From Eubacteriales bacterium (GTDB taxonomy: Bacteria; Bacillota; Clostridia; Oscillospirales; CAG-272), in the NCBI GenBank assembly GCA_045540755.1, contig JAZQHV010000073.1, positions 2,434 through 66,433 of the forward strand: DNA of 64,000 bases. Reading direction: 5' to 3'. This document shows, in pieces, positions 1 to 9,500 of the stretch. How positions within the stretch are numbered: the stretch's first letter is position 1; each line of letters starts with the position of its first letter. The position numbers were made by a program, and so were the translations under genes. The notes under the pieces are model-generated. The model had not been told where the DNA came from, searched no databases, and saw only the letters and a program-made list of their open reading frames with translations.

Positions 1-549
1 ATTCACACCGTCCTTACTCTCCAGCGAAACGTGCTTTTCGCGCATGATGTCGGTAATAGAATTGCCGATCTCGTGGATGGTTTCGAGGGCAATCGTGCGC
101 GCCTCGGCATCCCAGAAGTAGCGTCCGCCTGTTTTCGTAAACGTGCCGTCGCCGCCGAGATCCTCAATGGCGACTGCCATTTTGCCGTTCAGCGAATAGC
201 AAGGCAGTTTTACGTCGTACATATAGGTAACGATGTCGGTCTCGTAGGTGTTGCCCACCTTGGTGCCGATCGGCTTGCCTGTCGCGGAATTCTCCCCTGT
301 GACCAGTGCATGGGGCGCGAGCGAACCGATGATCAGCGCGCGCGCCGAATCGTTGTAATAATGCTGTGTGGTGATGTCCTCCACTACGACTACCGTTTTG
401 CCGCCGATATTGTAGGACGGCACGGTCACGCCGTTGATCGTCGCGGTAATGTCGGTCGCGTAGATCGCGCCGTTTATATCTCCGCTCTTTGCGCTCACCA
501 TAAGGCAAAGACAAAGCGCAAGCAACATACAGATCCAAAGTTTTTTCAT
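1..549 (-). CDS. secreted protein of unknown function (first 183 codons; gene continues past left edge)
   Basis: Absent from the ORF track because it has no in-window stop. Minus-strand ATG at 549-547 with GGAGGA 6 nt upstream. Translation MKKLWICMLLALCLCLMVSAKSGDINGAIYATDITATINGVTVPSYNIGGKTVVVVEDI... gives a signal peptide followed by two beta-rich INGxxVPSYNIxGK / SLNGKMAVAIEDL blocks. Frame is open to nt 1. Confidence 0.6.
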   Translation of the reverse strand, partial: MKKLWICMLLALCLCLMVSAKSGDINGAIYATDITATINGVTVPSYNIGGKTVVVVEDITTQHYYNDSARALIIGSLAPHALVTGENSATGKPIGTKVGNTYETDIVTYMYDVKLPCYSLNGKMAVAIEDLGGDGTFTKTGGRYFWDAEARTIALETIHEIGNSITDIMREKHVSLESKDGVN

Positions 550-630
550 AATCCGTCCTCCTTTTTCGTTATACCTTATTATACCATATTGGCATTATCG
601 TGTCAAGAAAAACCGCACACAATAAAGCTA

Positions 631-660
631 TTGACCGAGATGTATATACTATGATATAAT
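631..660 (+). promoter_or_regulatory. sigma-A-type promoter upstream of acyltransferase gene
   Basis: TTGACC (631-636), 18-nt spacer, extended -10 TGaTATAAT (652-660), about 44 nt upstream of ATG 704. Confidence 0.45.
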
Positions 661-703
661 AATTATAATTGCGACAAAAATCTGCAGTAAGGAAACAGCC
701 TGT

Positions 704-1963
704 ATGAACAAAAATAAGATCAAAAAATTCGACTTTGCCAAAAAGCCGCACGCGCCGTATCCCTTTTTCTGGTGGCTGGCAAAAACGGTCGTAGCATTCC
801 CCTATCTCAAGCGCCGCGGCGCCGTATTGCACAAAAAGAACATGGAGGCACTGGAGGGCAAGCCCTACCTCATGCTCTGCAACCACGCCTCCCTCGTGGA
901 CCTTTGCATGATGATGAAGGCGACCTACCCCCGCCCTGCCAACAACGTCATGACGCTGGAAGGCTTTAACACCTACACCGAGCCGCTGATGCGTGCGCTC
1001 GGCGTGCTGGGCAAGCGCAAGTACGTTTCGGACATCACACTGGTGCGCAATATCCGCTACTGCTTAAACGAGCTCAAGACCGTGATGGTCCTCTTCCCGG
1101 AGGCGCGCTATTCGCTCGACGGCTGTACCTCCTTTATGGCGGACTCCACGGGCGGACTTGTGCATATGCTGAAAGTCCCCGTTGCGGTGCTGAAGATCCG
1201 CGGCAACTTTGTGGATCTGCCCCAATGGAACAAGCACAGCAAAAAATCCTACGTAGAGGCAACGCTGGAACCGCTCTTTACCGAGGAGGAGGCAAAGTCG
1301 CTCCCCGTGGACGAGTTGAACCGCCGCATCAACGAGGCGTTCACCTACGACGATTTCAAGTGGCAGAAGGAAAACGGCATCGTGATCGACCATCCGAAAC
1401 GTGCGGACGGTCTGCACGCCCTGCTTTACAAGTGTCCGAACTGCCTTTGCGAGGGCGAGACCGAGTCCGAGACCGACACGCTCCGCTGTCGCAAGTGCGG
1501 CAAGGCGTGGTACATGGAGACCGACGGCTCTCTGCGCGCGACTACGGGTGAGACCGAGTTTTCGCACATCCCCGACTGGTCAAACTGGGAGCGCGAATGC
1601 GTGCGTAAAGAAATTGAGGACGGCACCTACTATTTTGAGGACGAGATCAACCTTGAGACCCTGCCGAACGCATGGAAGTTCTACAAGCACGGCAAGGGTA
1701 AGCTTGTGCAGACCCCCGAGGGGCTGACCATCACGGGTACCTGCTACGGCGAACCGTTTGAACTGCACAAGAGCGCCATGGAGCAAAGCAGTATGCACGT
1801 CGAGTACGACTATCTCGGCCGCGGCGACTGCGTGGACATCTCCACCTTAGAGGATAGTTACTGGTGCTATCTTACAAAGCGTGACGCCATCACAAAACTC
1901 AGCTTTGCCACCGAAGAGATCTTTCTGGCGGCAAAGAGGGAGCTGGAAGAAGCAAAGCAATGA
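704..1963 (+). CDS. lysophospholipid (1-acyl-sn-glycerol-3-phosphate) acyltransferase family protein with C-terminal CxxC...CxxC zinc-ribbon region
   Basis: PlsC-family motifs CNHASLVD (NHxxxxD) and FPEARYS. AAGGAAAC RBS upstream. CPNCLCEGE...CRKCGKAW four-Cys motif in the C-terminal half. Confidence 0.75.
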   Translation: MNKNKIKKFDFAKKPHAPYPFFWWLAKTVVAFPYLKRRGAVLHKKNMEALEGKPYLMLCNHASLVDLCMMMKATYPRPANNVMTLEGFNTYTEPLMRALGVLGKRKYVSDITLVRNIRYCLNELKTVMVLFPEARYSLDGCTSFMADSTGGLVHMLKVPVAVLKIRGNFVDLPQWNKHSKKSYVEATLEPLFTEEEAKSLPVDELNRRINEAFTYDDFKWQKENGIVIDHPKRADGLHALLYKCPNCLCEGETESETDTLRCRKCGKAWYMETDGSLRATTGETEFSHIPDWSNWERECVRKEIEDGTYYFEDEINLETLPNAWKFYKHGKGKLVQTPEGLTITGTCYGEPFELHKSAMEQSSMHVEYDYLGRGDCVDISTLEDSYWCYLTKRDAITKLSFATEEIFLAAKRELEEAKQ

Positions 1964-2646
1964 AGAAACTGCAAAAAATGAACGAGGCGGCGTGGCTTGC
2001 GGGCGTGCTGCTGTGCGCCTTCGGCGTGGCGCTTGCCACCAAGGCAAGCTTTGGACTTTCGATGATTGCAGCGCCTCCGTACATCATCCACGTCTTTATG
2101 GAAAAGTTCTTTTCCTGGTACTCGCAGGGCACCTCGGAATACATATGGCAGGGTATCCTGCTTGTCGTCATGTGCTTTATCGTGCGCCGCTTTAAGGCGA
2201 AGTACCTTCTGACCTTTGCCTGCGCGGTCGTGTTCGGACTCGCGGTAGACGGCTTTCTGTGGCTGCTCGGTGGCGGCGCTCCTTATGCATCCATGACAGC
2301 GCGCATTATCGCCTTTATCATCAGCGAGCTGATCACCGCCGTTGCCATCGCCTGCTACTTCCGCACGGACATGCCTCTGCCCGTGTACGAGCTTGTGGTT
2401 GCGGAGATCGCCAAGTGCTATTCCCTCACCATCCACAAGGTCAAGCAGACCAACGACATCATCATGCTGGTGCTTTCGGCGGCGTTTGCCTTTTTGCTCA
2501 ACCGCAGCTGGCAGGGCATCGGCATCGGCACCATCATCATCACGCTTGTCAACGCCTCCCTCATCACACTTGCGGGCAAGATCATGGACAAGTACATCGA
2601 CTTTTCACCCCGCTTTCCAAAATTTATCGAAAAAATCAAGGTATAA
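1960..2646 (+). CDS. multi-pass membrane protein (YczE/DUF6198-like)
   Basis: ATGA start/stop overlap with the upstream gene. Hydrophobic throughout. N-terminus ...GVLLCAFGVALATKASFGLSMIAAPPYI resembles the YczE/YyaS-type family. Assigned from memory only. Confidence 0.55.
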   Translation: MKKLQKMNEAAWLAGVLLCAFGVALATKASFGLSMIAAPPYIIHVFMEKFFSWYSQGTSEYIWQGILLVVMCFIVRRFKAKYLLTFACAVVFGLAVDGFLWLLGGGAPYASMTARIIAFIISELITAVAIACYFRTDMPLPVYELVVAEIAKCYSLTIHKVKQTNDIIMLVLSAAFAFLLNRSWQGIGIGTIIITLVNASLITLAGKIMDKYIDFSPRFPKFIEKIKV

Positions 2647-2730
2647 CTGTCAGTTTGCCGATTGATTCTTTTTCGAAAATGTGGTATGGTAATAGAGTAT
2701 GAAATTTTTACAATATAAGGAGAAAACGCT

Positions 2731-3852
2731 ATGGATTTTTTATGGGAAAATCTTCCCGCCCTTTGGTGGCAGCCGCTTGTCATGTGGGCGATCGGCGGCA
2801 TCCTGATCTATCTTGCCATCAAGAAAGACATGGAGCCTACCCTGCTGCTCCCCATGGGCTTTGGCACCATCCTCGTCAACATCCCGCACTCGGGTGCGAT
2901 CACCCAGATCGCCGAAAACGGAGAAGCCGAGGTCGGCGCGCTGGACACCCTGTTCAACGCAGGTATCTCCAACGAGCTTTTCCCGCTGATCCTGTTTATC
3001 GGTATCGGCGCGATGATCGACTTCTCGCCGATCCTCACAAACCCTAAGCTCATGCTCTTCGGCGCGGCGGCGCAGTTTGGTATCTTCTTTACCTTCTGCC
3101 TTGCCTCCATGTTCTTCCCCGTAAACGACGCGGCCTCTATCGGTATCATCGGTGCGGCTGACGGTCCGACTGCCATCGTCGTTGCACAGAAGCTGGATTC
3201 CCAGTTCGTCGGCGCGATCATGGTTGCCGCTTACTCGTATATGGCGCTTGTGCCGATCATTCAGCCTCCGATCATCAAGCTGATGACCACCAAGAAAGAG
3301 CGTCTTATCCGCATGGAATACAAGGGCGGTCAGGTCTCTAAGACCACAAAGATCCTCTTCCCCATCGTCATCACCATCGTTGCAGGCGTTATGGCGCCCT
3401 CCTCGGTTGCCCTCGTCGGCTTCCTGATGTTCGGTAACCTCATCCGTGAGTGCGGCGTGCTCGACAACCTTTCCGAGACGGCACAGAAGGTACTTGCAAA
3501 CCTCATCACCATCTTCCTCGGCATCACCATCGCCACCAAGATGGAGGCGAGCCAGTTCCTGCGTCCGCAGACCCTGCTCATCCTCGGTCTCGGCCTGTTC
3601 GCATTCATCTTTGACACCGCAGGCGGCGTTCTGTTTGCCAAGTTCCTCAACCTCTTCTCCAAGGAGAAGATCAACCCCATGATCGGTGCCGCGGGTATCT
3701 CCGCGTTCCCGATGTCGGGTCGTGTCGTGCACAAGATGGGTCTGGAGGAGGATCCCCAGAACTTCTTGCTCATGCACTCCATCGGTGTCAACGTTTCCGG
3801 TCAGATCGCCTCGGTCATCGCAGGCGGTATGATCCTCAACTTCTTCGGTTGA
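2731..3852 (+). CDS. sodium ion-translocating decarboxylase, beta subunit (OadB/GcdB/MmdB family)
   Basis: 373 aa, AAGGAG RBS. Characteristic N-terminus ...PLVMWAIGGILIYLAIKKDMEPTLLLPMGFGTILVNIP and ...AAGISAFPMSGRVV motifs of the OadB family. Confidence 0.85.
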   Translation: MDFLWENLPALWWQPLVMWAIGGILIYLAIKKDMEPTLLLPMGFGTILVNIPHSGAITQIAENGEAEVGALDTLFNAGISNELFPLILFIGIGAMIDFSPILTNPKLMLFGAAAQFGIFFTFCLASMFFPVNDAASIGIIGAADGPTAIVVAQKLDSQFVGAIMVAAYSYMALVPIIQPPIIKLMTTKKERLIRMEYKGGQVSKTTKILFPIVITIVAGVMAPSSVALVGFLMFGNLIRECGVLDNLSETAQKVLANLITIFLGITIATKMEASQFLRPQTLLILGLGLFAFIFDTAGGVLFAKFLNLFSKEKINPMIGAAGISAFPMSGRVVHKMGLEEDPQNFLLMHSIGVNVSGQIASVIAGGMILNFFG

Positions 3853-3869
3853 TTTAGGAGGTACGGAAA

Positions 3870-4001
3870 ATGGAATTCAATCCTATGAACTTTGTAAACA
3901 ACCTCAGCTACATGGGCATCGGCATGCTCGGCATCTTCGTAGTCATCGGTATCATCATCGTAGCAACGGTGCTGATCAACAAGTTTGCAAACAAAAAGTA
4001 A
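3870..4001 (+). CDS. 43-aa single-TM protein, candidate OadG-like small subunit
   Basis: Not in the ORF track (below size cut-off). GGAGG 9 nt upstream of ATG 3870. Reads MEFNPMNFVNNLSYMGIGMLGIFVVIGIIIVATVLINKFANKK. Lies 17 nt after oadB-like stop and is followed by a terminator. Confidence 0.5.
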   Translation: MEFNPMNFVNNLSYMGIGMLGIFVVIGIIIVATVLINKFANKK

Positions 4002-4004
4002 TTG

Positions 4005-4038
4005 AAAAACGCGTCCGCATTGCGGACGCGCGTTTTTT
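4005..4038. terminator. bidirectional intrinsic terminator
   Basis: AAAAA-CGCGTCCG-cattg-CGGACGCG-CGTTTTTT between convergent genes. Confidence 0.75.
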
Positions 4039-4717
4039 ACCATATACGCATGACAAGTAAGTATCGGATCACGTTCATGCACACCCAAGTGCCGACGATC
4101 GTAATAAACACGGGCGTGATCGACTCGGGAGTTGCCCCTGTACCCAGCATGCAGACAAGGAGCAGATAGCAACCCGTCAGTATGACGTTCAGTGCCTCCA
4201 GCGACATATCAAAGCAGATGTCGAGGAACTTTTTGATGGGATTCTTGAAAGTAATAATGATCAACACCACGTTGAGCACCATCAGGAACAACGTTGCCAT
4301 GATCGCCATGATCAGTTCGTTCAGCATCGAAAGCGTCATCGCGCCGAACAAAAGTCCGAGAATGGTCTGCCAGATCGGGAGACCGGGGATCCGCAAAAGC
4401 TCCTTAAAGATGACGCGGAAAGCATGCATCCACATCGCAACGTACATAATGCCGACGAATTCATCGCTCATGGACTGAAGCATGGAGTTCATGAGGATCA
4501 CCAGATTTTCAAAGCTTGTAGAATGCGTCAGGCTCTTGATGAGAAAATCAATACTCTGCGCACCGGGGATCACGTTGATCAAGTAGCCGGAAAAACGATC
4601 CATGACTCCCGCTTCTCCGAGAAATTCCCGAAAGAAAAACACCAGCGCGGGGATCAGACAAACAAAGAGCAAAAGTTGAATACAGGTGCCCAGCGTTTCC
4701 TTGACAATTCGGGACAT
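4037..4717 (-). CDS. multi-pass membrane protein, unknown function
   Basis: Track ORF 4037..5272 trimmed to MSRIVKETLG... (ATG 4717, GGAGGA 7 nt upstream). The longer version would overlap the plus-strand S1 gene. About 6 predicted TM stretches. Confidence 0.6.
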   Translation of the reverse strand: MSRIVKETLGTCIQLLLFVCLIPALVFFFREFLGEAGVMDRFSGYLINVIPGAQSIDFLIKSLTHSTSFENLVILMNSMLQSMSDEFVGIMYVAMWMHAFRVIFKELLRIPGLPIWQTILGLLFGAMTLSMLNELIMAIMATLFLMVLNVVLIIITFKNPIKKFLDICFDMSLEALNVILTGCYLLLVCMLGTGATPESITPVFITIVGTWVCMNVIRYLLVMRIW

Positions 4718-4867
4718 GATGTGTCCTCCTATCTGCATATCTGCTACGATTTCGGCAACAGTATACCACAAATGGCGATTTTTGTCAATGTATGCGGACG
4801 GGTACGTGCATATTCCCCTTTCTTTTCTCATACTCTTGGCATAGTACGAAAAAGAAAGGAAACGCTT

Positions 4868-5809
4868 ATGAACAATCAGTACCTGCCCGAAGGACTTTTG
4901 TACGGAACCGCCGCCAACCGTGAATATATCGCCTCGCCCGAAGGGCTTGCACGCGCCATGCGCGAAGGGCGTATTCTCGAGGCGCCTGCCGCCATGTGCG
5001 ACAGCGAGATGAATCTGTACGTGGACCTTGGTACCGTGCGCGGAATAATGCCGCGCGGGGAGGTTACCCTTACGCGGGGAAGCGAGGAGACCAAGGCAAT
5101 CGCCGTGATCACACGTGTGGGTAAGCCCGTTTGCTTTAAGGTCACCGCTGTTGCCGAGGAAAACGGTGGCACAGTCGCCTACCTCTCCCGCCGCGCGGCA
5201 CAGCTCGAATGCAAAACGCGGCATATCGCCGACCTTGCGGCGGGCGACGTGTTGCGCGCCAAGATCACGCATATGGAGCCGTTCGGCGCATTTTGTGACA
5301 TCGGTTGCGGCATCGTTTCGCTATTGCCCATTGATTGTATTTCGGTCTCGCGCATTTCTCACCCTGCCGACCGTTTTACCCCCTGTGAATATATCTACGC
5401 CGCCGTGCGCTCTATCGACCGCGAAAACGACCGCATCTTTCTCACGCACCGCGAACTGCTCGGCACGTGGGAGGAGAATGCGGCGGCATTTTCCGCCGGA
5501 CAAACGGTTTCAGGCATCGTGCGCAGTATTGAAGACTACGGTATTTTCGTGGAGCTTGCCCCAAATCTCGCAGGGCTTGCCGAATGCAAAGAGGGTGTGC
5601 GCGTGGGGGACGTTGCGAGCGTGTACATAAAAAGCATCCTACCGGAGCGGATGAAGGTAAAGCTTGTCATTGTGGACTCCGCGCCCGGGGTTTGCACAAT
5701 GAAACGGAAGTACTACGTCGATACCGACCGCGTCACACATATCGACCGCTGGCAATATTCCCCCGCCTGCTGCTCCCGCATGGTTGAAACAGAGTTTTGC
5801 GTTGGATAA
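4868..5809 (+). CDS. S1 RNA-binding domain protein
   Basis: Track ORF 4424..5809 trimmed to MNNQYLPEG (ATG 4868, AAAGGAAA RBS). Two S1-like OB folds (GDVLRAKITHMEPFGAFCDIG..., GQTVSGIVRSIEDYGIFVELAPNLAGL). Confidence 0.7.
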   Translation: MNNQYLPEGLLYGTAANREYIASPEGLARAMREGRILEAPAAMCDSEMNLYVDLGTVRGIMPRGEVTLTRGSEETKAIAVITRVGKPVCFKVTAVAEENGGTVAYLSRRAAQLECKTRHIADLAAGDVLRAKITHMEPFGAFCDIGCGIVSLLPIDCISVSRISHPADRFTPCEYIYAAVRSIDRENDRIFLTHRELLGTWEENAAAFSAGQTVSGIVRSIEDYGIFVELAPNLAGLAECKEGVRVGDVASVYIKSILPERMKVKLVIVDSAPGVCTMKRKYYVDTDRVTHIDRWQYSPACCSRMVETEFCVG

Positions 5810-5816
5810 ATTCTTA

Positions 5817-5845
5817 TTTACAAACCATGAAAAATGTGCTAAAAT
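5817..5845 (+). promoter_or_regulatory. sigma-A-type promoter
   Basis: TTTACA (5817-5822), 17 nt, TGcTAAAAT (5837-5845). Confidence 0.45.
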
Positions 5846-5874
5846 TAAAGTAGAAAGCACACGGAGGTGGACAT

Positions 5875-6483
5875 ATGGGAAAAGTTATCATTACGATCGC
5901 GCGACAATACGGTAGCGGCGGCAGACAGATCGGCGAACGGATCGCCAAGGAACTGGGCGTTCCTTTCTACGACCAAAATCTTATCACGCTTGCCGCGGAA
6001 AAGAGCGACCTCTGCCACGAGGCGGCCGCTGAAGCAGACGAGCGCAATGCAAACAGCCTACTCTACACGCTTGCTATGGGCTCTACAGCTATGCTCCACA
6101 CCCCGCACTACAATATGCCGATCAACGACAAGCTCTTCCTCGTGCAGTCAGACATCATCAAGGAAGCCGCCGAAAAGGGCTCCTGCGTGATCGTCGGCCG
6201 CTGTGCTGACTACGTTTTGCGTGACCGCACCGACGTTGTCAGCGTATTCGTCCACGCGGATGCCAATATCCGCGCCAAGCACGTTGCCGAGCGTAACGGC
6301 ATTACCGAAAGCGAAGCGTTCTCCCTGATCTCCAAGACCGACCGCCGACGCGCGAACTACTACAATTTCTACACGGGCAAGCGCTGGGGTGAGACCAATC
6401 ACTACGACCTCTGCGTGGATGCCGGCAGGATCGGCATTGAGAATGCGGCAAATCTCATTGCCGCCTACGCAAAAATGATATAA
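5875..6483 (+). CDS. cytidylate kinase-like family protein
   Basis: GGAGGTGG RBS. N-terminal P-loop-like ITIARQYGSGGRQIGERIAKELGVPFYD is typical of the cytidylate-kinase-like (AAA_33-type) family. Confidence 0.7.
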   Translation: MGKVIITIARQYGSGGRQIGERIAKELGVPFYDQNLITLAAEKSDLCHEAAAEADERNANSLLYTLAMGSTAMLHTPHYNMPINDKLFLVQSDIIKEAAEKGSCVIVGRCADYVLRDRTDVVSVFVHADANIRAKHVAERNGITESEAFSLISKTDRRRANYYNFYTGKRWGETNHYDLCVDAGRIGIENAANLIAAYAKMI

Positions 6484-6487
6484 CAGC

Positions 6488-6523
6488 AAACAGCCTTGGG
6501 CTTTCGCCCAAGGCTGTTTTTTT
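6488..6523. terminator. bidirectional intrinsic terminator (stem CAGCCTTGGGC/GCCCAAGGCTG, loop TTTC)
   Basis: AAA-CAGCCTTGGGC-tttc-GCCCAAGGCTG-TTTTTTT between convergent genes. The same stem recurs at 11872-11909. Confidence 0.85.
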
Positions 6524-9500
6524 ACTGTATGCACTGTTTGAGGACTTTCATGACGTCGAGCATAGATGCTTCTCTATCATTTAAAAGAACCTGTAGCAGC
6601 TTCAGCACATCAACAAGATCTACGTCACCGTCCAGATCAACGTCACCATAAACGCGGGAGGAATTATACACCTCGATCTCGCAAAGCTGCATGCGGAAAC
6701 GGTTGCCGTCGGTAGGCTTCTGGCGGAGCGAGGTTCCGGTAAAACGGATATAACGAACCTCGGCAGCCTCAAACTCGAATTCCAGCAGTTCAACAAGCGG
6801 TACAGGATGATCCGCAACACAGCAAAGCATTTCCCACCGCTCCCCATCTACGGAACCGTAAATCGCGAAATCGGAGGGGAACGTAATAGCTTTTGCTCCC
6901 AATTCCGCGCCGGACGGCATGATATTCACCCGGTCAATTCTGTAGATCGCGCCAAGGTCAACACAAACCGATTCGCTATGATCAAACGTGGTCAGATTGT
7001 TGGACGACCAGCCACAGATCTCTTTGCCGCGAAGGTTTTCTCTGTCTCCGTCCGTAAGCTTTTGCGCGCCCCAATAAGCACTTTCCACCGTGGAGGACAC
7101 CAGCACTTCTCTGCCGAGTGCCACGTTTCCACTGCTGTAGCCCGAAATGGCTTGCATCGCGGTTTCAAGGGTGGCATATGCTTTTTCCACGGCCTCACTG
7201 CCCGAATCTGCATCTGCAAAAACTCGTTTTGCCTGCGCTAAGATCTCCGAAAACTCTTGGAATATGACGCTCGGGAGGTCTGCCGACCGTATACTTTCGG
7301 CGGCGGCGACCAGCTGTGCGACAGATGCTTTTTTCTCATCGGGAGTCAGGGCGTTGGTCGCGTTTTCCAACGCATCTACTGCGGCACAGACCGCAAACTG
7401 CGTTGCGTTTGCATCCGCAAGCACTGCTTCGCATGCGGAAACGGTCGCAGAAAACGTCGCGTAGTCCGTCTCGCCGTACAGCGTTTTGTCCAATGCCTTT
7501 GCACCTGCGACCGCCTTGGAAAGCAGCGACTTGTCCACGTCGAATTCGGATGCATCTACGGTAAAGCTATAGCTTCCGGAACCGAGGATGCGCGGCTCTG
7601 TCTCTGCGGGAACGTAAACGGTCGCGGTCGTACCGACGGGAACGGTAACGTCCCAAAGAAGCTTGTTATCCTCGGTAAATCTCCAATGGCTCTTCAGCGC
7701 ACCGCGGACGGTCTGCAAGGTGTAGTTTACGTAGCCGATCTCGGGATGAATTTCGGGGCGAAGCTCTACCGTTTCATATCCGTTGGTAAAGCCACGCACG
7801 CCTGCAAGATTCTTATAGAACCAGTCGGTATACGTTCCAAGGAAAAAGTGATTACGTGAGCGTGCATTGGATTCATAGGTTTCCCAGCAAGTGTTTGCGC
7901 CAAGGCGTATCCAATATCCCCACGACGGATAGGTATCCTGCTGCACGAGTGCCATAGCAAGGTCACTGTATCCATACTTTGAAAGCATGGGGAGAATGTA
8001 CTTGGTACCCACTGCACCAACGTCCAGATGCGTGTCCTTTTCCAAAATGTCGTCTACAATGCTCTTGACAACGCTTGCCTCATACTCCTCGGGGCAAAGA
8101 CCGAACATCAGCGGAACGATATTGGATGCCTGACGGTATTTGGTACGGCCCGCGTCATAGGTTTCGTTCCAGAAGCCCGTATCATAATATCCCTTATCGG
8201 CAAGGTAGAACTTTTGGTTAAATGCGGTATAGATATTCGCCATTGCCGCACGGTATTCTGCGGCATCCGCACTCTTGCCGAGGTAATCCGCCATCTCTGC
8301 CATCTCACCGAGAGTACGGTATACAAACGCACTGCCGATAATACCTGCGCCCTCGGGGGCGTGGGTAGTTTTGCCGGTCGTGTAAGCTCCGGACGGATTG
8401 GGAGATACCCAGTCGGCATAGCTGCCTGTGGTCCACACCCAACCGTTTGCCTGAATGCTCTTGATATAGTCCAGCGTCTGCAGGCGGATCGCATCATAAT
8501 TCTCGATGAATTCGCTTTTTACGCCGTTTACACGCCAGTTTTCATAATAACCGTGGATAAAGATCGACGACCAGATCGGTATGCTTGAACCACCCGTTGA
8601 AGCGGAGGGAGCGATCTGATTTACCACGCCTTTTGAGTTTGTGGTGTCGCCCATATCGGTCAGGATCTTGGGCAGGACGTTTGCAAGATCATAATTATAG
8701 TTGAAGGATTCCAACGCAAAATTCACGTCGCCCGTCCAGCCGTTTTTCTCATATACGGGGGTATCGGTCAGTTTGCTTTGCAGATTGTTGATGACCGTGC
8801 GGATCATCATTTCGTGCATGTAATTGATACGGCTGTCCCCTGTTTCAAACTCCGATATATCCGCAACATCGTTGGCGATCAGATAGCATTCAACGTCCGC
8901 ACTCGTCAGCGAACCGCTGTAATTCTCCACCTGAATATACTCGTATCCCTTGTAGGAATACTTCGGCTCGTATACGTCATCTTCACCGCTGGTAATAAAG
9001 CGGTCTGCCTGCAAGAGATATCCGTTTACGGTAGGCACTACAAAGCCAAGATCATCCAGTTTTTCGCCGTAGGTGATTTTAATTTCAGTTCCCGCAGGCG
9101 CATTCAACTTAATTCTCGCCCAGCCTGTAGTCATTACAGGGTTTTTGATAATGTAAGTGCCGCTACCCTTGTTAAATACTTCGGGAACAAAGGTTTCTAT
9201 ACGGCGAAGCGGCTCCATGTTTTCAAATACAAGGTCTCCTGTAGGTGCAGTCGCAAGTCTTGCGTTTTTCCATGCACTGTCATCAAAAGACGCCTCGGTC
9301 CAGCCGTTCACCTCACGTCTTGCATCGTAATGCTCACCCTTGTAGACGTTGTTATAGTAAACGGGGCCGTATTCGTAGGTCTTCCAGCTCTCATCCGAAA
9401 CAACGGTTTCGGACGTGCCGTCCGTATAGTCGATGCGAAGCTCCAAAAGAAGTTTTGGATTATCACGGTAACCGGCAGTATTCCAGTTCATCCATGTATA

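Noticed and set aside
4718-5272. N-terminal 185-codon extension of track ORF 4037..5272, and likewise the 148-codon extension of 4424..5809.
   Set aside because: The two extensions overlap each other on opposite strands. Internal starts at 4717 (GGAGGA RBS) and 4868 (AAAGGAAA RBS) give non-overlapping divergent genes with sensible N-termini.
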